Positions 39,601 through 57,600 of a stretch of 64,000 nt of DNA are shown here, one piece after another. Source of the stretch: Eledone cirrhosa (Eukaryota); assembly GCA_964016885.1 (NCBI GenBank), contig OZ024750.1:34844001-34908000 (forward strand), read 5' to 3'. The position numbers and the translations under genes are program-made. The stretch's first letter is position 1. Each line of letters begins with the position of its first letter. The notes beneath the pieces were generated by a model. It made no database searches, had not been told where the DNA came from, and worked only from the letters and a program-made list of their open reading frames with translations.

Positions 39601-42600
39601 TGCCTTATCTTGACTTGAAAACTACCACATCTTGACTTGACAACCACCACACATCTTGACTTGAACAACTACCACATCTTGACATGACAACTACCATATC
39701 TTGACTTGACAACCACCACACATCTTGACTTGAACAACTACCACATCTTGACTTGACAACTACCACATCTTGACTTGAACAACTACCACATCTTGACTGG
39801 ACAACCACCACACATCTTGACTTGAACAACTACCACATCTTGACTTGACAACTACCACATCTTGACTTGAACAACCACCACATCTTGACTTGAACAACTA
39901 CCACATCTTGACTTGACAACTACCACATCTTGACTTGAACAACTACCACATCTTGACTTGACAACTACCACATCTTGACTTGAACAACCACCACATCTTG
40001 ACTTGAACAACCACAACACATCTTGACTTGAACAATTACCACATCTTGACTTGAACAACTACAACTTCTTGACTTGAACAACCACCACATCTTGACTTGA
40101 CAACTACCACATCTTGACTTGAACAACCACCACATCTTGACTTGAACAACTACCACATCTTGACTTGAACAACTGCCACATCTTGACTTGACAACTACCA
40201 CATCTTGACTTGACAACTACCACATCTTGACTTGACAACCACCACACATCTTGACTTGAACAACTACCACATCTTGACTTGACAACTACCACATCTTGAC
40301 TTGAACAACTACCACATCTTGACTTGACAACCACCACATATCTTGACTTGAACAACTACCACATCTTGACTTGACAACTACCACATCTTGACTTGAACAA
40401 CCACCACATCTTGACTTGAAAACTACCACATCTTGACTTGAACAACTACCACATCTTGACTTGACAACCACCACACATCTTGACTTGAACAACTACCACA
40501 TCTTGACATGACAACTACCACATCTTGACTTGACAACCACCACACATCTTGACTTGAACAACTACCACATCTTGACTTGACAACTACCACATCTTGACTT
40601 GAACAACTACCACATCTTGACTTGACAACCACCACACATCTTGACTTGAACAACTACCACATCTTGACTTGAACAACTATCACATCTTGACTTGACAACT
40701 ACCACATCTTGACTTGAACAACTACAACATCTTGACTTGAACAACCACCACATCTTGACTTGACAACTACCACATCTTGACTTGAACAACCACCACATCT
40801 TGACTTGAACAACTACCACATCTTGACTTGCCAACTACCACATCTTGACTTGAACAACTACCACATCTTGACTTGACAACTACCACATCTTGACTTGAAC
40901 AACCACCACATCTTGACTTGAACAACTACCACATCTTGACTTGACAACCACCACGCATCTTGACTTGAACAACTACCACATCTTGACTTGACAACTACCA
41001 CATCTTGACTTGAACAACTACCACATCTTGACTTGACAACCACCACACATCTTGACTTGAACAACTACCACATCTTGACATGACAACTACCACATCTTGA
41101 CTTGACAACCACCACACATCTTGACTTGAACAACTACCACATCTTGACTTGACAACTACCACATCTTGACTTGAACAACTACCACATCTTGACTTGACAA
41201 CCACCACACATCTTGACTTGAACAACTACCACATCTTGACTTGAACAACTACCACATCTTGACTTGAACAACTACCACATCTTGACTTGACAACTACAAC
41301 ATCTTGACTTGAACAACCACCACATCTTGACTTGAACAACTGCCACACATCTTGACTTGAACAACTACCACATCTTGACTTGAACAACCACAACACATCT
41401 TGACTTGAACAATTACCACATTTTGACTTGAACAACTACAACTTCTTGACTTGAACAACCACCACATCTTGACTTGACAACTACCACATCTTGACTTGAA
41501 CAACCACCACATTTTGACTTGAACAACTACCACATCTTGACTTGACAACTACCACATCTTGACTTGAACAACTGCCACATCTTGACTTGACAACTACCAC
41601 ATCTTGACTTGAACAACTACCACATGTTGACTTGAACATCTGCCACATCTTGACTTGACTACTACCACATCTTGACTTGAACAACTACCACATCTTGACT
41701 TGAAAAACAACGACATCTTGACTTGAACAACCACCACATCTTGATTTGAACAACTACCACATCTTGACTTGACAACTATCACATCTTGACTTGAACAACT
41801 ACCACATCTTGACTTGACAACTACCACATCTTGACTTGAACAACTACCACATCTTGACTTGACAACTACCACATCTTGACTTGAACAACCACCACATCTT
41901 GACTTGAACAACCACAACACATCTTGACTTGAACAATTACCACATCTTGACTTGAACAACTACAACTTCTTGACTTGAACAACCACCACATCTTGACTTG
42001 ACAACTACCACATCTTGACTTGAACAACCACCACATCTTGACTTCAACAACTACCACATCTTGACTTGACAACTACCACATCTTGACTTGAACAACTGCC
42101 ACATCTTGACTTGACAACTACCACATCTTGACTTGACAACTACCACATCTTGACATGACAACCACCACACATCTTGACTTGAACAACTACCACATCTTGA
42201 CTTGACAACTACCACATCTTGACTTGAACAACTACCACATCTTGACTTGACAACCACCACGCATCTTGACTTGAACAACTACCACATCTTGACTTGACAA
42301 CTACCACATCTTGACTTGACAACTACCACATCTTGACTTGACAACCACCACACATCTTGACTTGAACAACTACCACATCTTGACTTGACAACTACCACAT
42401 CTTGACTTGAACAACTACCACATCTTGACTTGACAACCATCACACATCTTGACTTGAACAACTACCACATCTTGACTTGACAACTACCACATCTTGACTT
42501 GAACAACCACCACATCTTGACTTGAACAACTACCACATCTTGACTTGACAACTACCACATCTTGACTTGAACAACTACCACATCTTGACTTGACAACTAC

Positions 42601-45600
42601 CACATCTTGACTTGAACAACCACCACATCTTGACTTGAACAACTGCCACACATCTTGACTTGAACAATTACCACATCTTGACTTGAACAACTACAACTTC
42701 TTGACTTGAACAACCAACACATCTTGACTTGACAACTACCACATCTTGACTTGAACAACCACCACATCTTGACTTGAACAACTACCACATCTTGACTTGA
42801 CAACTACCACATCTTGACTTGAACAACTGCCACATCTTGACTTGACAACTACCACATCTTGACTTGAACAACTGCCACATCTTGACTTGACAACTATCAC
42901 ATCTTGACTTGACAACTACCATATCTTGACTTGACAACAACAACACATCTTGACTTGAACAACTACCACATCTTGACTTGACAACTACCACATCTTGACT
43001 TGAACAACTACCACATCTTGACTTGACAACCACCACACATCTTGACTTGAACAACTACCACATCTTGACTTGACAACTAGCACATCTTGACTTGAACAAC
43101 CACCACATCTTGACTTGAAAACTACCACATCTTGACTTGACAACCACTACACATCTTGACTTGAACAACTGCCACATCTTGACTTGAACAACCACAACAC
43201 ATCTTGACTTGAACAATTACCACATCTTGACTTGAACAACTACAATTTCTTGACTTGAACAACCACCACATATTGACTTGACAACTACCACATCTTGACT
43301 TGAACAACCACCACATCTTGACTTGAACAACTACCACATCTTGACTTGACAACTACCACATCTTGACTTGAACAACTGCCACATCTTGACTTGACAACTA
43401 CCACATCTTAACTTGAACAACCACCACATCTCGACTTGAACAACTACCACATATTGACTTGACAACTATCACATCTTGACTTGAACAACTACCACATCTT
43501 GACTTGACAACTATCACATCTTGACTTGAACAACTACCACATCTTGACTTGAACAACTGCCTTATCTTGACTTGAAAACTACCACATCTTGACTTGACAA
43601 CCACCACACATCTTGACTTGAACAACTACCACATCTTGACATGACAACTACCATATCTTGACTTGACAACCACCACACATCTTGACTTGAACAACTACCA
43701 CATCTTGACTTGACAACTACCACATCTTGACTTGAACAACTACCACATCTTGACTTGACAACTACCACATCTTGACTTGAACAACCACCACATCTTGACT
43801 TGAACAACTACCACATCTTGACTTGACAACTACCACATCTTGACTTGAACAACTACCACATCTTGACTTGAACAACCACCACATCTTGACTTGAACAACT
43901 ACCACATCTTGACTTGACAACTACCACATCTTGACTTGAACAACTACCACATCTTGACTTGACAACTACCACATCTTGACTTGAACAACCACCACATCTT
44001 GACTTGAACAACCACAACACATCTTGACTTGAACAATTACCACATCTTGACTTGAACAACTACAACTTCTTGACTTGAACAACCACCACATCTTGACTTG
44101 AACAACTACCACATCTTGACTTGACAACTACCACATCTTGACTTGAACAACTACCACATCTTGACTTGAACAACCACCACATCTTGACTTGAACAACTAC
44201 CACATCTTGACTTGAACAACTGCCACATCTTGACTTGACAACTACCACATCTTGACTTGACAACTACCACATCTTGACTTGACAACCACCACACATCTTG
44301 ACTTGAACAACTACCACATCTTGACTTGACAACTACCACATCTTGACTTGAACAACTACCACATCTTGACTTGACAACCACCACACATCTTGACTTGAAC
44401 AACTACCACATCTTGACTTGACAACTACCACATCTTGACTTGAACAACCACCACATCTTGACTTGAAAACTACCACATCTTGACTTGAACAACTACCACA
44501 TCTTGACTTGACAACCACCACACATCTTGACTTGAACAACTACCACATCTTGACATGACAACTACCACATCTTGACATGACAACCACCACACATCTTGAC
44601 TTGAACAACTACCACATCTTGACTTGACAACTACCACATCTTGACTTGAACAACTACCACATCTTGACTTGACAACCACCACACATCTTGACTTGAACAA
44701 CTACCACATCTTGACTTGAACAACTATCACATCTTGACTTGACAACTACCACATCTTGACTTGAACAACTACAACATCTTGACTTGAACAACCACCACAT
44801 CTTGACTTGACAACTACCACATCTTGACTTGAACAACCACCACATCTTGACTTCAACAACTACCACATCTTGACTTGACAACTACCACATCTTGACTTGA
44901 ACAACTGCCACATCTTGACTTGACAACTACCACATCTTGACTTGACAACCACCACACATCTTGACTTGAACAACTACCACATCTTGACTTGACAACTACC
45001 ACATCTTGACTTGAACAACTACCACATCTTGACTTGACAACCACCACGCATCTTGACTTGAACAACTACCACATCTTGACTTGACAACTACCACATCTTG
45101 ACTTGACAACTACCACATCTTGACTTGACAACCACCACACATCTTGACTTGAACAACTACCACATCTTGACTTGACAACCACCACGCATCTTGACTTGAA
45201 CAACTACCACATCTTGACTTGACAACTACCACATCTTGACTTGACAACTACCACATCTTGACTTGACAACCACCACACATCTTGACTTGAACAACTACCA
45301 CATCTTGACTTGACAACTACCACATCTTGACTTGACAACCACCACACATCTTGACTTGAACAACTACCACATCTTGACTTGACAACTACCACATCTTGAC
45401 TTGAACAACTACCACATCTTGACTTGACAACCATCACACATCTTGACTTGAACAACTACCACATCTTGACTTGACAACTACCACATCTTGACTTGAACAA
45501 CCACCACATCTTGACTTGAACAACTACCACATCTTGACTTGACAACTACCAGATCTTGACTTGAACAACTACCACATCTTGACTTGACAACTACCACATC

Positions 45601-48600
45601 TTGACTTGAACAACCACCACATCTTGACTTGAACAACTGCCACACATCTTGACTTGAACAATTACCACATCTTGACTTGAACAACTACAACTTCTTGACT
45701 TGAACAACCAACACATCTTGACTTGACAACTACCACATCTTGACTTGAACAACCACCACATCTTGACTTGAACAACTACCACATCTTGACTTGACAACTA
45801 CCACATCTTGACTTGAACAACTGCCACATCTTGACTTGACAACTACCACATCTTGACTTGAACAACTGCCACATCTTGACTTGACAACTATCACATCTTG
45901 ACTTGACAACTACCATATCTTGACTTGACAACAACAACACATCTTGACTTGAACAACTACCACATCTTGACTTGACAACTACCACATCTTGACTTGAACA
46001 ACTACCACATCTTGACTTGACAACCACCACACATCTTGACTTGAACAACTACCACATCTTGACTTGACAACTAGCACATCTTGACTTGAACAACCACCAC
46101 ATCTTGACTTGAAAACTACCACATCTTGACTTGACAACCACTACACATCTTGACTTGAACAACTGCCACATCTTGACTTGAACAACCACAACACATCTTG
46201 ACTTGAACAATTACCACATCTTGACTTGAACAACTACAATTTCTTGACTTGAACAACCACCACATATTGACTTGACAACTACCACATCTTGACTTGAACA
46301 ACCACCACATCTTGACTTGAACAACTACCACATCTTGACTTGACAACTACCACATCTTGACTTGAACAACTGCCACATCTTGACTTGACAACTACCACAT
46401 CTTAACTTGAACAACCACCACATCTCGACTTGAACAACTACCACATATTGACTTGACAACTATCACATCTTGACTTGAACAACTACCACATCTTGACTTG
46501 ACAACTATCACATCTTGACTTGAACAACTACCACATCTTGACTTGAACAACTGCCTTATCTTGACTTGAAAACTACCACATCTTGACTTGACAACCACCA
46601 CACATCTTGACTTGAACAACTACCACATCTTGACATGACAACTACCATATCTTGACTTGACAACCACCACACATCTTGACTTGAACAACTACCACATCTT
46701 GACTTGACAACTACCACATCTTGACTTGAACAACTACCACATCTTGACTGGACAACCACCACACATCTTGACTTGAACAACTACCACATCTTGACTTGAC
46801 AACCATCACACATCTTGACTTGAACAACTACCACATCTTGACTTGACAACTACCACATCTTGACTTGAACAACCACCACATCTTGACTTGAACAACTACC
46901 ACATCTTGACTTGACAACTACCACATCTTGACTTGAACAACTACCACATCTTGACTTGACAACTACCACATCTTGACTTGAACAACCACCACATCTTGAC
47001 TTGAACAACCACAACACATCTTGACTTGAACAATTACCACATCTTGACTTGAACAACTACAACTTCTTGACTTGAACAACCACCACATCTTGACTTGACA
47101 ACTACCACATCTTGACTTGAACAACCACCACATCTTGATTTGAACAACTACCACATCTTGACTTGAACAACTGCCACATCTTGACTTGACAACTACCACA
47201 TCTTGACTTGACAACTACCACATCTTGACTTGACAACCACCACACATCTTGACTTGAACAACTACCACATCTTGACTTGACAACTACCACATCTTGACTT
47301 GAACAACTACCACATCTTGACTTGACAACCACCACACATCTTGACTTGAACAACTACCACATCTTGACTTGACAACTACCACATCTTGACTTGAACAACC
47401 ACCACATCTTGACTTGAAAACTACCACATCTTGACTTGAACAACTACCACATCTTGACTTGACAACCACCACACATCTTGACTTGAACAACTACCACATC
47501 TTGACATGACAACTACCACATCTTGACTTGACAACCACCACACATCTTGACTTGAACAACTACCACATCTTGACTTGACAACTACCACATCTTGACTTGA
47601 ACAACTACCACATCTTGACTTGACAACCACCACACATCTTGACTTGAACAACTACCACATCTTGACTTGACAACTACCACATCTTGACTTGAACAACCAC
47701 CACATCTTGACTTGAAAACTACCACATCTTGACTTGAACAACTACCACATCTTGACTTGACAACCACCACACATCTTGACTTGAACAACTACCACATCTT
47801 GACTTGACAACTACCACATCTTGACTTGAACAACTACCACATCTTGACTTGACAACCACCACACATCTTGACTTGAACAACTACCACATCTTGACTTGAC
47901 AACTACCACATCTTGACTTGAACAACCACCACATCTTGACTTGAAAACTACCACATCTTGACTTGAACAACTACCACATCTTGACTTGACAACCACCACA
48001 CATCTTGACTTGAACAACTACCACATCTTGACATGACAACTACCACATCTTGACTTGACAACCACCACACATCTTGACTTGAACAACTACCACATCTTGA
48101 CTTGACAACTACCACATCTTGACTTGAACAACTACCACATCTTGACTTGACAACCACCACACATCTTGACTTGAACAACTACCACATCTTGACTTGAACA
48201 ACTATCACATCTTGACTTGACAACTACCACATCTTGACTTGAACAACTACAACATCTTGACTTGAACAACCACCACATCTTGACTTGACAACTACCACAT
48301 CTTGACTTGAACAACCACCACATCTTGACTTCAACAACTACCACATCTTGACTTGACAACTACCACATCTTGACTTGAACAACTGCCACATCTTGACTTG
48401 ACAACTACCACATCTTGACTTGACAACTACCACATCTTGACTTGACAACCACCACACATCTTGACTTGAACAACTACCACATCTTGACTTGACAACTACC
48501 ACATCTTGACTTGAACAACTACCACATCTTGACTTGACAACCACCACGCATCTTGACTTGAACAACTACCACATCTTGACTTGACAACTACCACATCTTG

Positions 48601-51600
48601 ACTTGACAACTACCACATCATGACTTGACAACCACCACACATCTTGACTTGAACAACTACCACATCTTGACTTGACAACCACCACGCATCTTGACTTGAA
48701 CAACTACCACATCTTGACTTGACAACTACCACATCTTGACTTGACAACTACCACATCTTGACTTGACAACCACCACACATCTTGACTTGAACAACTACCA
48801 CATCTTGACTTGACAACTACCACATCTTGACTTGACAACCACCACACATCTTGACTTGAACAACTACCACATCTTGACTTGACAACTACCACATCTTGAC
48901 TTGAACAACTACCACATCTTGACTTGACAACCATCACACATCTTGACTTGAACAACTACCACATCTTGACTTGACAACTACCACATCTTGACTTGAACAA
49001 CCACCACATCTTGACTTGAACAACTACCACATCTTGACTTGACAACTACCAGATCTTGACTTGAACAACTACCACATCTTGACTTGACAACTACCACATC
49101 TTGACTTGAACAACCACCACATCTTGACTTGAACAACTGCCACACATCTTGACTTGAACAATTACCACATCTTGACTTGAACAACTACAACTTCTTGACT
49201 TGAACAACCAACACATCTTGACTTGACAACTACCACATCTTGACTTGAACAACCACCACATCTTGACTTGAACAACTACCACATCTTGACTTGACAACTA
49301 CCACATCTTGACTTGAACAACTGCCACATCTTGACTTGACAACTACCACATCTTGACTTGAACAACTGCCACATCTTGACTTGACAACTATCACATCTTG
49401 ACTTGACAACTACCATATCTTGACTTGACAACAACAACACATCTTGACTTGAACAACTACCACATCTTGACTTGACAACTACCACATCTTGACTTGAACA
49501 ACTACCACATCTTGACTTGACAACCACCACACATCTTGACTTGAACAACTACCACATCTTGACTTGACAACTAGCACATCTTGACTTGAACAACCACCAC
49601 ATCTTGACTTGAAAACTACCACATCTTGACTTGACAACCACTACACATCTTGACTTGAACAACTGCCACATCTTGACTTGAACAACCACAACACATCTTG
49701 ACTTGAACAATTACCACATCTTGACTTGAACAACTACAATTTCTTGACTTGAACAACCACCACATATTGACTTGACAACTACCACATCTTGACTTGAACA
49801 ACCACCACATCTTGACTTGAACAACTACCACATCTTGACTTGACAACTACCACATCTTGACTTGAACAACTGCCACATCTTGACTTGACAACTACCACAT
49901 CTTAACTTGAACAACCACCACATCTCGACTTGAACAACTACCACATATTGACTTGACAACTATCACATCTTGACTTGAACAACTACCACATCTTGACTTG
50001 ACAACTATCACATCTTGACTTGAACAACTACCACATCTTGACTTGAACAACTGCCTTATCTTGACTTGAAAACTACCACATCTTGACTTGACAACCACCA
50101 CACATCTTGACTTGAACAACTACCACATCTTGACATGACAACTACCATATCTTGACTTGACAACCACCACACATCTTGACTTGAACAACTACCACATCTT
50201 GACTTGACAACTACCACATCTTGACTTGAACAACTACCACATCTTGACTGGACAACCACCACACATCTTGACTTGAACAACTACCACATCTTGACTTGAC
50301 AACCATCACACATCTTGACTTGAACAACTACCACATCTTGACTTGACAACTACCACATCTTGACTTGAACAACCACCACATCTTGACTTGAACAACTACC
50401 ACATCTTGACTTGACAACTACCACATCTTGACTTGAACAACTACCACATCTTGACTTGACAACTACCACATCTTGACTTGAACAACTACCACATCTTGAC
50501 TTGAACAACCACAACACATCTTGACTTGAACAATTACCACATCTTGACTTGAACAACTACAACTTCTTGACTTGAACAACCACCACATCTTGACTTGACA
50601 ACTACCACATCTTGACTTGAACAACCACCACATCTTGACTTGAACAACTACCACATCTTGACTTGAACAACTGCCACATCTTGACTTGACAACTACCACA
50701 TCTTGACTTGACAACTACCACATCTTGACTTGACAACCACCACACATCTTGACTTGAACAACTACCACATCTTGACTTGACAACTACCACATCTTGACTT
50801 GAACAACTACCACATCTTGACTTGACAACCACCACACATCTTGACTTGAACAACTACCACATCTTGACTTGACAACTACCACATCTTGACTTGAACAACC
50901 ACCACATCTTGACTTGAAAACTACCACATCTTGACTTGAACAACTACCACATCTTGACTTGACAACCACCACACATCTTGACTTGAACAACTACCACATC
51001 TTGACATGACAACTACCACATCTTGACTTGACAACCACCACACATCTTGACTTGAACAACTACCACATCTTGACTTGACAACTACCACATCTTGACTTGA
51101 ACAACTACCACATCTTGACTTGACAACCACCACACATCTTGACTTGAACAACTACCACATCTTGACTTGAACAACTATCACATCTTGACTTGACAACTAC
51201 CACATCTTGACTTGAACAACTACAACATCTTGACTTGAACAACCACCACATCTTGACTTGACAACTACCACATCTTGACTTGAACAACCACCACATCTTG
51301 ACTTCAACAACTACCACATCTTGACTTGACAACTACCACATCTTGACTTGAACAACTGCCACATCTTGACTTGACAACTACCACATCTTGACTTGACAAC
51401 TACCACATCTTGACTTGACAACCACCACACATCTTGACTTGAACAACTACCACATCTTGACTTGACAACTACCACATCTTGACTTGAACAACTACCACAT
51501 CTTGACTTGACAACCACCACGCATCTTGACTTGAACAACTACCACATCTTGACTTGACAACTACCACATCTTGACTTGACAACTACCACATCTTGACTTG

Positions 51601-54600
51601 ACAACCACCACACATCTTGACTTGAACAACTACCACATCTTGACTTGACAACTACCACATCTTGACTTGAACAACTACCACATCTTGACTTGACAACCAT
51701 CACACATCTTGACTTGAACAACTACCACATCTTGACTTGACAACTACCACATCTTGACTTGAACAACCACCACATCTTGACTTGAACAACTACCACATCT
51801 TGACTTGACAACTACCACATCTTGACTTGAACAACTACCACATCTTGACTTGACAACTACCACATCTTGACTTGAACAACCACCACATCTTGACTTGAAC
51901 AACTGCCACACATCTTGACTTGAACAATTACCACATCTTGACTTGAACAACTACAACTTCTTGACTTGAACAACCAACACATCTTGACTTGACAACTACC
52001 ACATCTTGACTTGAACAACCACCACATCTTGACTTGAACAACTACCACATCTTGACTTGACAACTACCACATCTTGACTTGAACAACTGCCACATCTTGA
52101 CTTGACAACTACCACATCTTGACTTGAACAACTGCCACATCTTGACTTGACAACTATCACATCTTGACTTGACAACTACCACATCTTGACTTGACAACCA
52201 CCACACATCTTGACTTGAACAACTACCACATCTTGACTTGACAACTACCACATCTTGACTTGAACAACTACCACATCTTGACTTGACAACCACCACACAT
52301 CTTGACTTGAACAACTACCACATCTTGACTTGACAACTAGCACATCTTGACTTGAACAACCACCACATCTTGACTTGAAAACTACCACATCTTGACATGA
52401 CAACCACTACACATCTTGACTTGAACAACTGCCACATCTTGACTTGAACAACCACAACACATCTTGACTTGAACAATTACCACATCTTGACTTGAACAAC
52501 TACAATTTCTTGACTTGAACAACCACCACATATTGACTTGACAACTACCACATCTTGACTTGAACAACCACCACATCTTGACTTGAACAACTACCACATC
52601 TTGACTTGACAACTACCACATCTTGACTTGAACAACTGCCACATCTTGACTTGACAACTACCACATCTTAACTTGAACAACCACCACATCTCGACTTGAA
52701 CAACTACCACATATTGACTTGACAACTATCACATCTTGACTTGAACAACTGCCACACATCTTGACTTGAACAATTACCACATCTTGACTTGAACAACTAC
52801 AACTTCTTGACTTGAACAACCAACACATCTTGACTTGACAACTACCACATCTTGACTTGAACAACCACCACATCTTGACTTGAACAACTACCACATCTTG
52901 ACTTGACAACTACCACATCTTGACTTGAACAACTGCCACATCTTGACTTGACAACTACCACATCTTGACTTGAACAACTGCCACATCTTGACTTGACAAC
53001 TATCACATCTTGACTTGACAACTACCATATCTTGACTTGACAACAACAACACATCTTGACTTGAACAACTACCACATCTTGACTTGACAACTACCACATC
53101 TTGACTTGAACAACTACCACATCTTGACTTGACAACCACCACACATCTTGACTTGAACAACTACCACATCTTGACTTGACAACTAGCACATCTTGACTTG
53201 AACAACCACCACATCTTGACTTGAAAACTACCACATCTTGACTTGACAACCACTACACATCTTGACTTGAACAACTGCCACATCTTGACTTGAACAACCA
53301 CAACACATCTTGACTTGAACAATTACCACATCTTGACTTGAACAACTACAATTTCTTGACTTGAACAACCACCACATATTGACTTGACAACTACCACATC
53401 TTGACTTGAACAACCACCACATCTTGACTTGAACAACTGCCACATCTTGACTTGACAACTACCACATCTTAACTTGAACAACCACCACATCTCGACTTGA
53501 ACAACTACCACATATTGACTTGACAACTATCACATCTTGACTTGAACAACTACCACATCTTGACTTGACAACTATCACATCTTGACTTGAACAACTACCA
53601 CATCTTGACTTGAACAACTGCCTTATCTTGACTTGAAAACTACCACATCTTGACTTGACAACCACCACACATCTTGACTTGAACAACTACCACATCTTGA
53701 CATGACAACTACCATATCTTGACTTGACAACCACCACACATCTTGACTTGAACAACTACCACATCTTGACTTGACAACTACCACATCTTGACTTGAACAA
53801 CTACCACATCTTGACTGGACAACCACCACACATCTTGACTTGAACAACTACCACATCTTGACTTGACAACTACCACATCTTGACTTGAACAACCACCACA
53901 TCTTGACTTGAACAACTACCACATCTTGACTTGACAACTACCACATCTTGACTTGAACAACTACCACATCTTGACTTGACAACTACCACATCTTGACTTG
54001 AACAACCACCACATCTTGACTTGAACAACCACAACACATCTTGACTTGAACAATTACCACATCTTGACTTGAACAACTACAACTTCTTGACTTGAACAAC
54101 CACCACATCTTGACTTGACAACTACCACATCTTGACTTGAACAACCACCACATCTTGACTTGAACAACTACCACATCTTGACTTGAACAACTGCCACATC
54201 TTGACTTGACAACTACCACATCTTGACTTGACAACTACCACATCTTGACTTGACAACCACCACACATCTTGACTTGAACAACTACCACATCTTGACTTGA
54301 CAACTACCACATCTTGACTTGAACAACTACCACATCTTGACTTGACAACCACCACACATCTTGACTTGAACAACTACCACATCTTGACTTGACAACTACC
54401 ACATCTTGACTTGAACAACCACCACATCTTGACTTGAAAACTACCACATCTTGACTTGAACAACTACCACATCTTGACTTGACAACCACCACACATCTTG
54501 ACTTGAACAACTACCACATCTTGACATGACATCTACCACATCTTGACTTGACAACCACCACACATCTTGACTTGAACAACTACCACATCTTGACTTGACA

Positions 54601-57600
54601 ACTACCACATCTTGACTTGAACAACTACCACATCTTGACTTGACAACCACCACACATCTTGACTTGAACAACTACCACATCTTGACTTGAACAACTATCA
54701 CATCTTGACTTGACAACTACCACATCTTGACTTGAACAACTACAACATCTTGACTTGAACAACCACCACATCTTGACTTGACAACTACCACATCTTGACT
54801 TGAACAACCACCACATCTTGACTTCAACAACTACCACATCTTGACTTGACAACTACCACATCTTGACTTGAACAACTGCCACATCTTGACTTGACAACTA
54901 CCACATCTTGACTTGACAACTACCACATCTTGACTTGACAACCACCACACATCTTGACTTGAACAACTACCACATCTTGACTTGACAACTACCACATCTT
55001 GACTTGAACAACTACCACATCTTGACTTGACAACCACCACGCATCTTGACTTGAACAACTACCACATCTTGACTTGACAACTACCACATCTTGACTTGAC
55101 AACTACCACATCTTGACTTGACAACCACCACACATCTTGACTTGAACAACTACCACATCTTGACTTGACAACTACCACATCTTGACTTGAACAACTACCA
55201 CATCTTGACTTGACAACCATCACACATCTTGACTTGAACAACTACCACATCTTGACTTGACAACTACCACATCTTGACTTGAACAACCACCACATCTTGA
55301 CTTGAACAACTACCACATCTTGACTTGACAACTACCACATCTTGACTTGAACAACTACCACATCTTGACTTGACAACTACCACATCTTGACTTGAACAAC
55401 CACCACATCTTGACTTGAACAACTGCCACACATCTTGACTTGAACAATTACCACATCTTGACTTGAACAACTACAACTTCTTGACTTGAACAACCAACAC
55501 ATCTTGACTTGACAACTACCACATCTTGACTTGAACAACCACCACATCTTGACTTGAACAACTACCACATCTTGACTTGACAACTACCACATCTTGACTT
55601 GAACAACTGCCACATCTTGACTTGACAACTACCACATCTTGACTTGAACAACTGCCACATCTTGACTTGACAACTACCACATCTTGACTTGACAACCACC
55701 ACACATCTTGACTTGAACAACTACCACATCTTGACTTGACAACTACCACATCTTGACTTGAACAACTACCACATCTTGACTTGACAACCACCACACATCT
55801 TGACTTGAACAACTACCACATCTTGACTTGACAACTAGCACATCTTGACTTGAACAACCACCACATCTTGACTTGAAAACTACCACATCTTGACTTGACA
55901 ACCACTACACATCTTGACTTGAACAACTGCCACATCTTGACTTGAACAACCACAACACATCTTGACTTGAACAATTACCACATCTTGACTTGAACAACTA
56001 CAATTTCTTGACTTGAACAACCACCACATATTGACTTGACAACTACCACATCTTGACTTGAACAACCACCACATCTTGACTTGAACAACTACCACATCTT
56101 GACTTGACAACTACCACATCTTGACTTGAACAACTGCCACATCTTGACTTGACAACTACCACATCTTAACTTGAACAACCACCACATCTCGACTTGAACA
56201 ACTACCACATATTGACTTGACAACTATCACATCTTGACTTGAACAACTACCACATCTTGACTTGACAACTATCACATCTTGACTTGAACAACTACCACAT
56301 CTTGACTTGAACAACTGCCTTATCTTGACTTGAAAACTACCACATCTTGACTTGACAACCACCACACATCTTGACTTGAACAACTACCACATCTTGACAT
56401 GACAACTACCATATCTTGACTTGACAACCACCACACATCTTGACTTGAACAACTACCACATCTTGACTTGACAACTACCACATCTTGACTTGAACAACTA
56501 CCACATCTTGACTGGACAACCACCACACATCTTGACTTGAACAACTACCACATCTTGACTTGACAACTACCACATCTTGACTTGAACAACCACCACATCT
56601 TGACTTGAACAACTACCACATCTTGACTTGACAACTACCACATCTTGACTTGAACAACTACCACATCTTGACTTGACAACTACCACATCTTGACTTGAAC
56701 AACCACCACATCTTGACTTGAACAACCATAACACATCTTGACTTGAACAATTACCACATCTTGACTTGAACAACTACAACTTCTTGACTTGAACAACCAC
56801 CACATCTTGACTTGACAACTACCACATCTTGACTTGAACAACCACCACATCTTGACTTGAACAACTACCACATCTTGACTTGAACAACTGCCACATCTTG
56901 ACTTGACAACTACCACATCTTGACTTGACAACTACCACATCTTGACTTGACAACCACCACACATCTTGACTTGAACAACTACCACATCTTGACTTGACAA
57001 CTACCACATCTTGACTTGAACAACTACCACATCTTGACTTGACAACCACCACACATCTTGACTTGAACAACTACCACATCTTGACTTGACAACTACCACA
57101 TCTTGACTTGAACAACCACCACATCTTGACTTGAAAACTACCACATCTTGACTTGAACAACTACCACATCTTGACTTGACAACCACCACACATCTTGACT
57201 TGAACAACTACCACATCTTGACATGACAACTACCACATCTTGACTTGACAACCACCACACATCTTGACTTGAACAACTACCACATCTTGACTTGACAACT
57301 ACCACATCTTGACTTGAACAACTACCACATCTTGACTTGACAACCACCACACATCTTGACTTGAACAACTACCACATCTTGACTTGAACAACTATCACAT
57401 CTTGACTTGACAACTACCACATCTTGACTTGAACAACTACAACATCTTGACTTGAACAACCACCACATCTTGACTTGACAACTACCACATCTTGACTTGA
57501 ACAACCACCACATCTTGACTTGAACAACTACCACATCTTGACTTGACAACTACCACATCTTGACTTGAACAACTACCACATCTTGACTTGACAACTACCA